Source of the DNA: a bacterium
GTDB taxonomy: Bacteria; UBA8248
Length of the DNA: 64,000 bases
Assembly (NCBI GenBank): GCA_965221165.1
Contig: CBDCRP010000002.1
Span: forward strand, 1,376,001-1,440,000
Reading direction: 5' to 3'
Below are positions 9,230-20,122 of the stretch, in pieces. The notes under the pieces were generated by a model. That model did no database searches, was not told the DNA's origin, and was given only the letters and a program-made list of their open reading frames with translations. The translations under genes and the position numbers were made by a program. Every line of letters begins with the position of its first letter. The stretch's first letter is position 1.

Positions 9230-10147
9230 TTAGTTTGACTCCGACCCACCAGGTCTTCTCCTGAACAAGCGCTCTATCTCATCAGCCACCTCTGCTCCGG
9301 GAGGCAGCTTTCCCTCTTCTTCCCCGGGTTCTCCATCGAACGCATCCTGAAAATCCACGCCTGGAATTTCATCGGGAATCTGGCCTTTTTGAATATCCTC
9401 GACATATTTGGCAATGCGAGGATCTCTGGCGATGATTTGCTCGACCTGCCCGTCAAACGTATTGATGGCGATGTCAAAATCCTCTAAGGATATTTCAAAG
9501 CCTCCCAGGGTACTCAATTTGTCCAAAAGCGCGCACGTTGCTTTTGGGTTGGAAAGAGAAGCAATGTAGTGCGGCACGTTCACCCACAAACTCACTGCTG
9601 GGAAACCTTCATCCTGCATGAGCGTATGGATGACGCCCACAATTCCCGTAGGCCCTTCATAGCGCGTTATCTCCACGCCCGAGGGTTCTACTAATGACGG
9701 ATCGGTGGCAATAGCCATCAAATGGCTGGGCTGGGTATGCAATTCTCCCGCAAGTAATGCCCCCATCGTCACGATCATCCGTGCACCGTAATGGTTATTT
9801 ATATCCAGCACATCGCCACTAAAATGTTTCCATCTCAAGTGGGGTTCGGTGCCGATCCCGACAATGAGATCCCGCGCAAGGTCTGGCGTACGACAATAGA
9901 AAAATTCGTTCGATGGCCATGTAATTCGCCGCTCGCCGGATTCACTGAGTTTAACGGTAGGCCTCTGATCCGCAAACTGGAAAAAATCATCCGATTGGAT
10001 TTGCGCTACTCGTTTTCCCTGGAAATGCTGAACCAGATAGCGCGCCGCCGCCGTTGCGGACTCCGCCGCATCGTTCCATCCAGAGAACGCCATTATAAGT
10101 AAAGGATCGTTGGCGTCCTCCACTTCGTGGAAAAACGTAACGCCCAT
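9230..10147 (-). CDS. PAC2 family protein (proteasome assembly chaperone-like)
   Basis: AFSGWNDAAESAT, GTEPHLRW, YEGPTGIVG, SLWVNVPHY, NPKA; ATG after GGAGG. Confidence 0.85.
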   Translation of the reverse strand: MGVTFFHEVEDANDPLLIMAFSGWNDAAESATAAARYLVQHFQGKRVAQIQSDDFFQFADQRPTVKLSESGERRITWPSNEFFYCRTPDLARDLIVGIGTEPHLRWKHFSGDVLDINNHYGARMIVTMGALLAGELHTQPSHLMAIATDPSLVEPSGVEITRYEGPTGIVGVIHTLMQDEGFPAVSLWVNVPHYIASLSNPKATCALLDKLSTLGGFEISLEDFDIAINTFDGQVEQIIARDPRIAKYVEDIQKGQIPDEIPGVDFQDAFDGEPGEEEGKLPPGAEVADEIERLFRRRPGGSESN

Positions 10148-10371
10148 ATTCAACACCTCCAGTCTGACATCGTATTTCTAAATTTTTCCATATTCAACCT
10201 GACGTTTTCGCCTTTCAACACCAAAAATCGATGAAACCCATGGCTCGTGAAATCTTCCTCTTAGCGGCACCCACAACCCCAAATCGCTGGTCACGGCAAC
10301 ACTCACCGTGGGATAGTATTTTGTTCTCACATACATGCTTCGACCAAGTTGCCCCACCTTAAGCGGCCTTT

Positions 10372-11577
10372 TCAACCTCCTTTTGGAAAATCGCCATCTT
10401 CTGGCGGATAAGTGAACAAATTGCTCCTGTGTCCTTCCAACCCGGGCGTTTCCCATGAGGGCGTTCCCCCTGGCGGGGGCATCTCGCCTCGTGCTGAGTC
10501 TTTCTGCAGTCTGCTCCATGCCGCTTTGAGATCCTGCGTGTGTCCTCTGTAGTGCGGCATCACGTATCGCGCGAACAACTCGAGTGAGTCTCTTATTTTT
10601 TTATCGCCTACCCATTCATGCGTCGTTAGCATAAGGCCGCCGAATCCGCCGGTTTCCTCTTGTATTTTCTCGATCACCTCAATCGCGTCATCCGGAGTGC
10701 CCACCATCCAGTATCTTTGCTCTGCGGCTGTTTTCGGCGTGATCTCGGAGCGCGGTTGATCGGGATACGCCTCATAAGCAGGCTTCAAACCGATATCCAT
10801 GAAGTAATTCATATCGCGAAGAGCGAACTCTTCTACGTCGGCCCAGGCCTTCTCGCGGCTTTCGGCAAGATGCACGTACGTGGTGATTCTCCAGTTCTCG
10901 CGCGATACTCGCGTGCCGTGTCTTCGAGCGCATTCCTCCATATGGGGCCATTGCTCGGAGAGTGAGAGGTTATCCATGATTTTCTTGCCGCCGAAGGAGA
11001 GTAATATCATCTCGTACTGAGCGGCCATATCAATCGCCCCGCGGCTTCCCGCCGATGCGATGGCAAGCGGCATTCTAGGATTTTGATAGGAACGTACCTG
11101 GAGGCAAACATTTCGCAACTTCCAGAACCGGCCCTCATAGTCAAACGGCTCGGGCGATTCCAGGAGTTTGACCATGATATCCACTGATTCGCGCAGCATC
11201 GGACGCAGATCGCCCGGATGAATGTCAAACAACTTGATGTCGCTCGCCAAATTGCTCGGGCCCACTCCCAAAATGGCGCGCCCTTTGGTGAGCTGGTCCA
11301 AAAACGCCATTCGTTCCGCCAAGTGAAACGGATGATGATACGGAACGCTAAGCACAGACGTACCCAAGCGGATTCGCTTCGCTTTGGCCGCTGCCATGGC
11401 AAGGGCCATCTCGGGTGCTGGAATCGTCTCCCACCCCCCGGAATGGTGCTCTCCAATATAGAATTCATCAAAATCGAGTTCATCAACATATTCGATGAGT
11501 GAGATATCACGCTGATAGGCAAGCGATGGATTTTCAGAGGGATGATGAATCGGCATCATGAAAAAAGAAAATTTCAA
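10372..11577 (-). CDS. LLM-class (luciferase-like) flavin-dependent monooxygenase
   Basis: GEHHSGGWE, IRLGTSV...PYHHP, LDQLTKGR, SLELFARYVMP. Confidence 0.9.
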   Translation of the reverse strand: MKFSFFMMPIHHPSENPSLAYQRDISLIEYVDELDFDEFYIGEHHSGGWETIPAPEMALAMAAAKAKRIRLGTSVLSVPYHHPFHLAERMAFLDQLTKGRAILGVGPSNLASDIKLFDIHPGDLRPMLRESVDIMVKLLESPEPFDYEGRFWKLRNVCLQVRSYQNPRMPLAIASAGSRGAIDMAAQYEMILLSFGGKKIMDNLSLSEQWPHMEECARRHGTRVSRENWRITTYVHLAESREKAWADVEEFALRDMNYFMDIGLKPAYEAYPDQPRSEITPKTAAEQRYWMVGTPDDAIEVIEKIQEETGGFGGLMLTTHEWVGDKKIRDSLELFARYVMPHYRGHTQDLKAAWSRLQKDSARGEMPPPGGTPSWETPGLEGHRSNLFTYPPEDGDFPKGG

Positions 11578-11770
11578 GTCGAGTCCCCTCCGATAAACTG
11601 TGAACAGGAAAATGAGGAATCCATCAAGTTATGATATCCTATTTATGGATTTCCGGCATCCCGCAATCAAAATCAAAACTTTCCTTCTCTTGCCAACACT
11701 CTTTAATTCCTCCATTATCCCCGCGCTTTGGGCGCATTCCCGAATGTCTCGAAACCTGTTCGAGGGAAAA

Positions 11771-13576
11771 ATGGCTATCACGAAACGAACCGATCTGAGA
11801 AATCTCGCCATTATCGCTCATGTCGATCACGGCAAAACCACCCTGGTGGACTCCATGCTCTGGCAAAGCGGCATCTTCCGCGAAGGGCAAGATGTGGTTG
11901 AGCGTGTCCTGGATTCGATGGATCTCGAGCGAGAAAAGGGAATCACCATCATGGCGAAAAACTGCGCCATTGATTTCAAAGGAATACGCTACAACATCGT
12001 GGACACACCGGGCCATGCGGATTTCGGCGGCGAGGTGGAGCGCGTCCTCTCCATGGTGGATGGCGTGATGCTTTTGGTCGACGCTTCGGAAGGCCCTCTG
12101 CCGCAAACGCGGTTCGTGGTCAGCAAAGCCCTGGAGCGAGAGCTCCCCTTCGTCGTGGTCATTAATAAAATAGACCGTCCGGACGCAAGACCAGAGCAAG
12201 TTCTCGACGAAATTTACGATCTGTTCATCGATCTGGACGCCGGAGAAACCCAGCTTGATTTTCCCGTGCTCTACGCCATCGCTCGAGATGGCAAGGCCGG
12301 CCCCGAGCCCGACGCTCTCTCTCCCACACTCGAACACTTGTTCCATACACTCCAGAGCACGATACCTCCCCCCTCATATGATGCAGATAAGCCACTTCAG
12401 ATGCTCGTCTCCCGCCTCGAATACGACAATTACGTGGGTCGTCTCTCCATCGGGCGAATCTGGAATGGGCAACTCAATGCAAAGGCCCAAACCATTGTTT
12501 TGGGACAAAAAGGGAGCAAGGTGAAAGGAGAGATCGCTTCTTTATTCGGCTATGAAGGATTGAGCCGCTACCAAATGGAACAAGCGCGTGGCGGCGACAT
12601 CGTTGCCGTAGCCGGTTTAGAGCACGTGGAAATCGGGGACACTATTGCAGATGTGGACAACCCGGTTGCGCTACCAGTCATTACCGTTGATGAACCCACC
12701 ATCGCCATGAATTTCAGGATCAACGATACTCCCCTGGCGGGTCGTAGCGGGAAATACCTCACCTCGCGCCAGATTCGAGAGCGACTCCTGCGGGAGGCGA
12801 GAAATAACGTGGCCATCAGAGTCGAGGAAACCGACTCCGCGGATGCCTTGCGCGTGTCCGGCCGCGGTTCTTTGCAACTCGCCGTGCTGATCGAGCAACT
12901 CAGGCGCGAGAAATATGAAATCACCGTTGGCCGACCCGAGGTTATTACGCGCAAAGAAAACGGCAAGACCACAGAGCCCATGGAAAATGTGGTGGTGGAC
13001 GCCCCGGAAGAATTCATCGGCGCCATCACACAGAGTTTGGGCGCGCGCAAAGGACAAATGACTAAAATGATCAACCATGGCAAAGGGCGCGCGCGGCTTG
13101 AGTTTTCCATTCCCAGTCGGGGTCTCATCGGCTATCGCAACGAATTCCTCACCCAAACGCGGGGAACGGGCATTCTCACCCACATTTTCGCCGGATGGGG
13201 GGAATGGGCGGGCGAACTTCCTAGCAGATCGACAGGAGCATTGATATCGGACCGCGCGGGCAAAGCCACATCATACGCGGTGGAGAACATCCAAGAGCGC
13301 GGAACTCTCTTCGTCGCTCCCGCAGAAGAAGTCTATGAGGGAATGATCATCGGTGAGAACAGCCGCGAACAAGATATGTTCGTGAACATTTCAAAGGAGA
13401 AGAAACTCACCAACATCCGGGCCGCCCATGCCGACATCTCCGCCCAACTCATACCGCCCAAACGATTCAGCCTGGAAGAAGCGCTCGAATTTTTGCGCGA
13501 GGGCGAATGCCTGGAAGTAACTCCCGAAACCTTCCGGTTACGTAAAACGGAACTAAAGGCCAGAAAACACGCTTAA
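11771..13576 (+). CDS. typA: Translational GTPase TypA/BipA
   Basis: [46 protein letters not shown]. Confidence 0.97.
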   Translation: MAITKRTDLRNLAIIAHVDHGKTTLVDSMLWQSGIFREGQDVVERVLDSMDLEREKGITIMAKNCAIDFKGIRYNIVDTPGHADFGGEVERVLSMVDGVMLLVDASEGPLPQTRFVVSKALERELPFVVVINKIDRPDARPEQVLDEIYDLFIDLDAGETQLDFPVLYAIARDGKAGPEPDALSPTLEHLFHTLQSTIPPPSYDADKPLQMLVSRLEYDNYVGRLSIGRIWNGQLNAKAQTIVLGQKGSKVKGEIASLFGYEGLSRYQMEQARGGDIVAVAGLEHVEIGDTIADVDNPVALPVITVDEPTIAMNFRINDTPLAGRSGKYLTSRQIRERLLREARNNVAIRVEETDSADALRVSGRGSLQLAVLIEQLRREKYEITVGRPEVITRKENGKTTEPMENVVVDAPEEFIGAITQSLGARKGQMTKMINHGKGRARLEFSIPSRGLIGYRNEFLTQTRGTGILTHIFAGWGEWAGELPSRSTGALISDRAGKATSYAVENIQERGTLFVAPAEEVYEGMIIGENSREQDMFVNISKEKKLTNIRAAHADISAQLIPPKRFSLEEALEFLREGECLEVTPETFRLRKTELKARKHA

Positions 13577-13580
13577 GGCT

Positions 13581-14078
13581 CTAGTCATCCAGCGCCTTGT
13601 TCCACTCTGCAATCCTATCTTTTTGCGCTTCGAACAGCCCGGAGGCGTCACCCTCGATCTCGACTTTCTCAATCCCGTCGCCCTGCTCAATCGCATCCAC
13701 CACGTCTTGACCGGAAGTGACGCGCCCGAAAACAGTATGTTTGCCATCAAGCCAGGCAGTGGGTACATGGGTGATGAAAAACTGAGAACCATTCGTGCCC
13801 GGCCCTGCATTCGCCATCGAGAGAACGCCCGGACCGTCATGGGGAAGGTCGGGGGAGCATTCATCTTCGAATTGATAGCCGGGCCCACCCGTTCCCGCGC
13901 CCAAAGGGCAGCCTCCCTGAATCATGAAATCAGAAATCACGCGGTGAAAAACAAGACCGTCGTAGAAGCCCCGCTGGGCGAGGTTCACAAAGCTCGCCAC
14001 CGTCACCGGGGTCTTGTCTTCATGCAAATCAAGCCGTATCTCACCCCGGCTCGTCGTTATTACAGCGGAAAGCACCAT
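13581..14078 (-). CDS. Cyclophilin-type peptidyl-prolyl isomerase
   Basis: [40 protein letters not shown]. Confidence 0.95.
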   Translation of the reverse strand: MVLSAVITTSRGEIRLDLHEDKTPVTVASFVNLAQRGFYDGLVFHRVISDFMIQGGCPLGAGTGGPGYQFEDECSPDLPHDGPGVLSMANAGPGTNGSQFFITHVPTAWLDGKHTVFGRVTSGQDVVDAIEQGDGIEKVEIEGDASGLFEAQKDRIAEWNKALDD

Positions 14079-14197
14079 GAATTGCTCCTTTAGTATTTTG
14101 GTGGACGCAAAGCACATCGTCGCTCATAAGTGAGCGAAAAATGAACCTCAAGGTCGACGGCGAAGAGTAACAGTGTCATCCTTTCGGGTCTAAGGCC

Positions 14198-15211
14198 TCA
14201 CGGGTTTCCTTTCAGTTCGAAAATCTCCGCCAAAAGCTCATAGGATTTCACTCTGGCCTCAAAGCTGTGCATCACGTTCACGATAATGAGTTCCTCGACT
14301 TTGTGTTCGAAAGCCAAAGTATCGAGCTTGTTCTTGACCTGCTCCGGATCTCCAGCGATGGTTCTGCTGTCGATATCCTGAGCGAAGGCGCGTTCCATGT
14401 TCGTCCACGGGTAGGCGAGCGCCTCCTCGGGCGTGGGCACGCCGCCTCCCTCGCCACGACGGCTTCTGAGCATCACCAGAGGTCTGCTGGCTGCATGGTA
14501 GAGCGCTTCTTCTTCGCTCGGCGCGCAAATCACAAAAACTGCGAGGCTCCCCATAGGCGCTTTGCATTTGACCGACGGCCGAAAATCCCTGCGGTACATA
14601 TCCATCATCTGGACGCTGCCATACGTGTTGATGAAATGCGCGAAAGAAAACGCGCAACCAAAACGAGCGGCTAGAATCACGCTTTGATCCGAAGTTCCCA
14701 AGAGCCACATTTCGGGCGCCGTCTTTCCGGTGGGCATGGCGCTTATTCGGGCGAAGGGATGATCCTCCGGCAACGACCCTTCAATCCAACCTCGAAGGTC
14801 AGAGACTTTTTGCGGGAAATCATCGTAGCGAAAACCACTCTGCTCGGGCGCCAAAGCTGCGGACGTGAGCCTGTCGGCCCCGGGGGCGCGGCCCAAACCC
14901 AAATCAATGCGGCCCGGGTAGAGAGTCTCCAGCACCCGAAACGATTCGGCCACCCTGAGCGCGCTGTAATGACTGAGCATAACCCCGCCCGATCCCACGC
15001 GAATCGTCTGCGTCGTCGCAGCGATCTGACCGATCAAAACTTCGGGCGACGTGCCCGCGAACGCCCCGTGGCTGTGATGTTCCGCCAACCAGTAGCGATG
15101 GTAGCCCAGGCGCTCGGCGGCTTGCGCCAACTGGACGGTCTCACCTATGGCGTCCGCTGCCGTTCCTCCCGAGCGGATAGGAGATTGATCCAAAACACTC
15201 AAACGAATCAT
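14198..15211 (-). CDS. LLM-class flavin-dependent oxidoreductase (YhbW-like)
   Basis: LSVLDQSPI, YWLAEHH, IRVGSGGVML, GRIDLGLGRAPG. Confidence 0.9.
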   Translation of the reverse strand: MIRLSVLDQSPIRSGGTAADAIGETVQLAQAAERLGYHRYWLAEHHSHGAFAGTSPEVLIGQIAATTQTIRVGSGGVMLSHYSALRVAESFRVLETLYPGRIDLGLGRAPGADRLTSAALAPEQSGFRYDDFPQKVSDLRGWIEGSLPEDHPFARISAMPTGKTAPEMWLLGTSDQSVILAARFGCAFSFAHFINTYGSVQMMDMYRRDFRPSVKCKAPMGSLAVFVICAPSEEEALYHAASRPLVMLRSRRGEGGGVPTPEEALAYPWTNMERAFAQDIDSRTIAGDPEQVKNKLDTLAFEHKVEELIIVNVMHSFEARVKSYELLAEIFELKGNP

Positions 15212-15251
15212 CTATTCGAGGACCATTTGAAAGGAGATTTTTTGAGAAATT

Positions 15252-15899
15252 TTATTTTTGAACTGGCTTTACCTGAATATATTCTTCGAGATGAATAACA
15301 CCTTTCGTTCCGCGAATAATCTGAAGGACCAGTTTTTTTTCGAACTCCGTTCTTGCCCGGCCGATGATATAAACCTTGTTTCGCACGGACTGCCAGCGGT
15401 AATTCACGGAATTCACGCCCTCCGTCGCCAAGAGCTGGCCCTTGAGCTTTGCTTCTATCCATACATCGCTGGCGATTCGGCTGATTTTGACGATATCGCG
15501 CTCCACGGCCGGTTTCGTCTTCGCCGCCGCGCGGTTGCGCTCCACTTCGGCTGAAGAACCGAGAACAATATGATTATAAATGGCTTTGATTCTGGGGTCT
15601 CCCCGCGCAATGCTCAAAACGGCTTCTCGCTTTCTCTCCGTATCCACCACGCCGGTCAGCAACACCCTCCCCTCCCACACGTTCGTATCCACATCCACCG
15701 GCAAACCGCTATCGAAGTACAAATATTCTTTCAGCAAATTCGCATGTATTTTCGCATCTTCAAGTTGCCGGCTCAGAGGACGGTCCTCCAGAGCGCTCTT
15801 TATACCCTTTTGGACGACCATAACCACCGCGGGCACACATCCACTTAATGCTAAAACCAAAAATGCGGTGATGAAGATGAATTTGGTGAATTTACGCAC
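15252..15899 (-). CDS. Dual BON-domain lipoprotein (DolP/YraP-like)
   Basis: Lipobox LSGC; EGRVLLTG and KVYIIG BON motifs; GTG start inferred. Confidence 0.8.
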   Translation of the reverse strand: MRKFTKFIFITAFLVLALSGCVPAVVMVVQKGIKSALEDRPLSRQLEDAKIHANLLKEYLYFDSGLPVDVDTNVWEGRVLLTGVVDTERKREAVLSIARGDPRIKAIYNHIVLGSSAEVERNRAAAKTKPAVERDIVKISRIASDVWIEAKLKGQLLATEGVNSVNYRWQSVRNKVYIIGRARTEFEKKLVLQIIRGTKGVIHLEEYIQVKPVQK

Positions 15900-16139
15900 A
15901 TATTCCCCTGGAGGGCGGAGTGGAACGAGTTCGCTCTTTATTTTGCCTCCAGGCTTGCGCGGAAGCAAGCGCCAAGAAATCAAATAAGAACCCCTCATGG
16001 CGCTCTCGCGTCATTGTCGACAACGTTCCGCTTTTTCAATTGCAATACTTTTTGGGAAAAAGCATCATATCTTTATTCATGAATGAATGGCTGTATCCAT
16101 CAAATGCGTGCATGAACTTTGCTTGACCAGGAGAGCAAA

Positions 16140-16340
16140 ATGCCGATTTCAGATGATGCGTTGAAAACTCGGTGCGGCGACCTCTTTGGAGATCAACTCG
16201 ACGCCGAAAGGCGCGCCGTCATCATCGCCACTATGGAAAACCTTGAGAAAGGACATCCGCAATTGCTGGAGCACCTTTCGTCGCAAACAGAGCCTGCCGG
16301 ACACACCGGATTCTTGCGCTCCCTCGCGAGGGAGAAATAA
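16140..16340 (+). CDS. Small (66 aa) hypothetical protein, possible amidase partner
   Basis: RBS AGGAG; stop lies 1 nt before the amidase start; C-terminal TEPA. Confidence 0.6.
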   Translation: MPISDDALKTRCGDLFGDQLDAERRAVIIATMENLEKGHPQLLEHLSSQTEPAGHTGFLRSLAREK

Positions 16341-16341
16341 A

Positions 16342-17754
16342 TTGACTAGCGACCCCACGAACCTCACCGCCTCGGAGATCGTCGAACAAATCAAAGAAAA
16401 AAGAATCAGTGCCGTTCAAGTCGCCGAGGCGCATCTGAAACGCTCGGAGAAAATCGGCGCTGCTTTGAATTCCTGGATTAAGCTGGATTCAGAGGGCGCT
16501 CTTAAGGCGGCGCAGGAAGTGGACGCCGCCATCGCCCGAGGTGACGACCCGGGGTCCATGGCCGGCGCGCCGATAGGCCTGAAAGATTTGATCGACATGC
16601 AAGGTTTGCCCACCACGGCGGGCAGCATCATCGATAAAGAGAACGTTGCGGAGGCTGATGCTCTGCTGACCCGGAAAATACGCCAAGCGGGCGGCGTGAT
16701 ACTCGGAAAACTCAACCTGCATGAATACGCCTTCGGCCCCACCGGGCACAATCCCCATTACGGAGACCAAAAAAACCCTTGGGATACCGAGCGGGTCACG
16801 GGCGGATCAAGCGGCGGATCAGGCAACAGTGTGGCAACGGGGCAGGTTTCCATCGCCATTGGTTCTGATACGGGTGGGTCTATTCGGATTCCCGCATCCT
16901 TGTGCGGCGTCATCGGACATAAACCCACCCATGGACTCGTCACAAAATCAAACTGCGCGCCGTTGTCATGGTCGCTCGATTCTTTCGGGCCACTGGCGAG
17001 ATCCTCACGAGACTGTGCACTGATGATGTCCGCCATTGCAGGACACAACCCGGCCGATGCCTCTTCCATTGCCGGAGATCCGCCTGACTTCATGGGCACG
17101 CTGAGCAAACCCATCGAAGAATTCCGCATCGGCCACGCGCGAGAATACTATGAACAACGCTCGGAACCTCCCGTGGCGGAAGCGGTGAACAATCTGGCCA
17201 AGGCTCTTCAGGAAGCGGGCGCCGAGGTAGTCGATATTGAAATACCCGACGTCGAAACCGCGTTTCATGCGGCTGCGGTGTTGATGGTATCCGAAGCGGC
17301 TGCCGTGCATGAGAAAAACATACGAGAAAAGGCGCAAGACTTTGATCCCGCAGTCTTGGAGAGAATCAGGCCTGGGTTTTTCATTCCCGCCACATCGTAT
17401 ATCCAGGCGCTTCGATTCCGGGAGCAATGGACAAAGCGCATATGCAAGGAAGTTTACGGCCAAGTCGACCTCGTTCTCTCCGCCGCCACACCGATTCCCG
17501 CCGCTTTGCGTTCTCAGTCTTCCGGAACCGTGCGAGGCAAAGAAGTTGAAATTCGAACGCTCATGATCTCTTTGACGAGGCTTTGGAATTTCCTTGGCGG
17601 GCCATCTACGGCTTTTCCCGTAGGCATGAGCGAAGAGGGTCTGCCGCTTGGAGCGCAAATCATGGGCGCGCCTTTTGCTGACCACCATACGCTGGCGTTT
17701 GTTCATCAATTGGAAAAAAGAGGTGTCGTGAAAGTCGAAAAACCGCCTCACTAG
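16342..17754 (+). CDS. Amidase signature family protein (GatA/AtzE-like)
   Basis: [33 protein letters not shown]. Confidence 0.92.
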   Translation: MTSDPTNLTASEIVEQIKEKRISAVQVAEAHLKRSEKIGAALNSWIKLDSEGALKAAQEVDAAIARGDDPGSMAGAPIGLKDLIDMQGLPTTAGSIIDKENVAEADALLTRKIRQAGGVILGKLNLHEYAFGPTGHNPHYGDQKNPWDTERVTGGSSGGSGNSVATGQVSIAIGSDTGGSIRIPASLCGVIGHKPTHGLVTKSNCAPLSWSLDSFGPLARSSRDCALMMSAIAGHNPADASSIAGDPPDFMGTLSKPIEEFRIGHAREYYEQRSEPPVAEAVNNLAKALQEAGAEVVDIEIPDVETAFHAAAVLMVSEAAAVHEKNIREKAQDFDPAVLERIRPGFFIPATSYIQALRFREQWTKRICKEVYGQVDLVLSAATPIPAALRSQSSGTVRGKEVEIRTLMISLTRLWNFLGGPSTAFPVGMSEEGLPLGAQIMGAPFADHHTLAFVHQLEKRGVVKVEKPPH

Positions 17755-19025
17755 CTTGAAATGCCGGCCTGCTCCGGTCTGGCTCCATCCGGACCCATCG
17801 GAAATTTCTCACAAAGCGTTCTGACGTCTGCTCTCACCGAGGCGATGCGCGCCTCATCCGCAATATCAGCCAGCACGTCGGCTATCCAGCCGCCCACGAC
17901 TTTCATCTCGTCTTCTTTCATGTGGCGCGACGTCAACGCGGGCGTTCCGATGCGAATCCCGCTCGTGAACGCCGGCTTCCTGGTGTCGAAAGGAACTGCG
18001 TTCTTATTCACCGTGATTCCCGCCTGGCCCAAAGCGGCCTCCGCCTTCTTGCCGCTGAAACCGGCCGCGCGCAGATCCAGAAGAATCAAATGATTGTCCG
18101 TGCCGCCCGAGACGAGGTGGATACCCCGTTGTAGGAGCGCGTCTGCGAGCGCTTTTGCGTTTTTCACAATCTGCTCCGCATAAGACTTGAATTCCGGGGT
18201 GCTTGCTTCCTTCAACGCCACCGCCTTGGCCGCGACGACGTGCATCAAGGGTCCGCCCTGGAGACCTGGGAAAACGGCCTTATTCATTTCCCCCGCGTAA
18301 TCTTCGTCGCAAAGAATCATGCCGCCGCGAGGACCCCTGAGCGTCTTGTGCGTCGTGGTGGTGACAATCTGCGCTTGGCCCGCGGGATTCGGATGTACGC
18401 CACCCGCGATGAGCCCCGCAACGTGGGCGATATCCGCCATCACCACGGCGCCCACTTCATCTGCAATCCCTCTGAAGCGAGCATAATCGATGGCTCGCGG
18501 ATACGCGCTCGCCCCCACGACGATAATTTTGGGTCGGTGCTCCCTTGCCTGGCTCTCCACTTCGTCAATATCGATGACGTGGTTTTCGGGATCCACGCCA
18601 TAAGCCACCACCTTGAACCAACGGCCCGAGAAGGTGACAGGATGCCCATGGGTGAGGTGGCCCCCATGAGAGAGGTTCATTCCCAAAAGCGTATCGCCCG
18701 GTTCGAGCAAACCGTAATACACCGCAGCGTTCGCCTGGGCGCCGCTGTGCGGCTGCACGGAGGCGTGAGCCATGCCGAAAAGAGACTTCGCCCGCTCGAT
18801 AGCGAGAGATTCGGCCACATCCACAAACTGGCAACCACCATAATAGCGCCTTCCCGGAAACCCTTCCGCATATTTGTTCGTCATCACACCGCCCACCGCT
18901 TCCATTACCGCCTTGCTCACGTAGTTCTCCGAAGCGATGAGTTCGAGTTCATCCGCCTGGCGTTTTCTTTCATCTTCCATCGCGGCGAAAATATCAGGAT
19001 CTCTCAGCGCAAGTACCGATGACAT
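17751..19025 (-). CDS. glyA: Serine hydroxymethyltransferase
   Basis: [40 protein letters not shown]. Confidence 0.98.
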   Translation of the reverse strand: MSSVLALRDPDIFAAMEDERKRQADELELIASENYVSKAVMEAVGGVMTNKYAEGFPGRRYYGGCQFVDVAESLAIERAKSLFGMAHASVQPHSGAQANAAVYYGLLEPGDTLLGMNLSHGGHLTHGHPVTFSGRWFKVVAYGVDPENHVIDIDEVESQAREHRPKIIVVGASAYPRAIDYARFRGIADEVGAVVMADIAHVAGLIAGGVHPNPAGQAQIVTTTTHKTLRGPRGGMILCDEDYAGEMNKAVFPGLQGGPLMHVVAAKAVALKEASTPEFKSYAEQIVKNAKALADALLQRGIHLVSGGTDNHLILLDLRAAGFSGKKAEAALGQAGITVNKNAVPFDTRKPAFTSGIRIGTPALTSRHMKEDEMKVVGGWIADVLADIADEARIASVRADVRTLCEKFPMGPDGARPEQAGISS

Positions 19026-19195
19026 CGAGTGGGGCCTCCAGACTTTTTTCAGGCGTGGGGTATGGTACGGAATTTCTCGGGCGGGTCGAAGCTAACAAAC
19101 CGACTTCGGGACGTCAATCCCGAAAAACAAATGTGCCATCATGACGCAAGGGTTATAATGATATTCCTAAACTTCCCCCTGAAAAGGATTTCATT

Positions 19196-19660
19196 ATGCC
19201 GAATGAACCCGATGATTTGCTCGACATCACCTCAGACGGGGTTCCCAAAACATCGCTACCGCCCGAGCCGGAGGAACTCGGCGCGTTGGATTCACTGTGC
19301 GATGAAATTTTATCGAGCGAGAAAAACTGCGAGCCATCCATGGAGAAACTGCAAAGCCTCGTGGCGCGCCACCCGGACGCCTTATCCGGCTGGGTGGCCA
19401 TGGGCCGAATTGCGCTCGCAAACGAAGAGACAATTAGCGCATACGCCTACTTTCGGGTCGCCTACCACAGAGGGCTGGACAAGGCCCGCGCCTCGGGCTG
19501 GCGCGGCGATGGGCGCATCCCCTGGGAAATCCCCGCCAATCAGCCTTTTTTGCGCGCCGTCCACGGCTTGGCGCAATGCGCCGACGCCATCGGAGAATCC
19601 GCCGAGGCGAAACGCTGCGGTGAATTTCTGGGAATGCTCGACCCGAATCATCCGTTTTGA
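19196..19660 (+). CDS. DUF3151 family protein
   Basis: AYAYFRVAYHRGLDKARASGWRGDGRIPW...NQPFLRA...EAKRC. Confidence 0.8.
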   Translation: MPNEPDDLLDITSDGVPKTSLPPEPEELGALDSLCDEILSSEKNCEPSMEKLQSLVARHPDALSGWVAMGRIALANEETISAYAYFRVAYHRGLDKARASGWRGDGRIPWEIPANQPFLRAVHGLAQCADAIGESAEAKRCGEFLGMLDPNHPF

Positions 19661-19769
19661 CACAATGATTTCAACAAAGCGGAATTAAGATTTCTCGGCA
19701 GCACCTAAAGGCAGACGCCGAAACTTATGAGAAGGGAAAGCCCATCTGTTACCAGATGACGTTGCCCGC

Positions 19770-20096
19770 TCACCCGCCCATGTATTGCCCCATCAGGAGG
19801 ACGAGGTCGCCCTCTTTCATCTCGGAATCGAGCGTGTGGTGGATTCCCATGAGGGCATCGTTTACGGCAATTTCCAGGTGTTCGGCCAATTCGCCGGAGC
19901 CGTTGTGCCAAAGCGCTTCATCCAGGGTCCTGTAGCGTCGGCTCATCTTTTTGAGGACGTCCCGGAGCGTGGCGCCCACTGGAACCTGCTCATCGAAATT
20001 CTTGCGCTCGTTCCCGTCTCCACCCACGAAAGTCGACGCCCAGGAGATGAATTCCAGCCGGACATGAATTTCGCCGGCGCTTTTCGTCTCGTTCAT
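19770..20096 (-). CDS. MoaD/ThiS family sulfur carrier
   Basis: Beta-grasp pattern, IAVND, C-terminal GG. Confidence 0.85.
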   Translation of the reverse strand: MNETKSAGEIHVRLEFISWASTFVGGDGNERKNFDEQVPVGATLRDVLKKMSRRYRTLDEALWHNGSGELAEHLEIAVNDALMGIHHTLDSEMKEGDLVLLMGQYMGG

Positions 20097-20122
20097 GGTG
20101 TCGTCCTCTGGTCGAAGATAGG

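Noticed and set aside
16342-17754. Calling the amidase gatA
   Set aside because: No gatB nearby and no GatA-specific motifs recognised; left as a generic amidase
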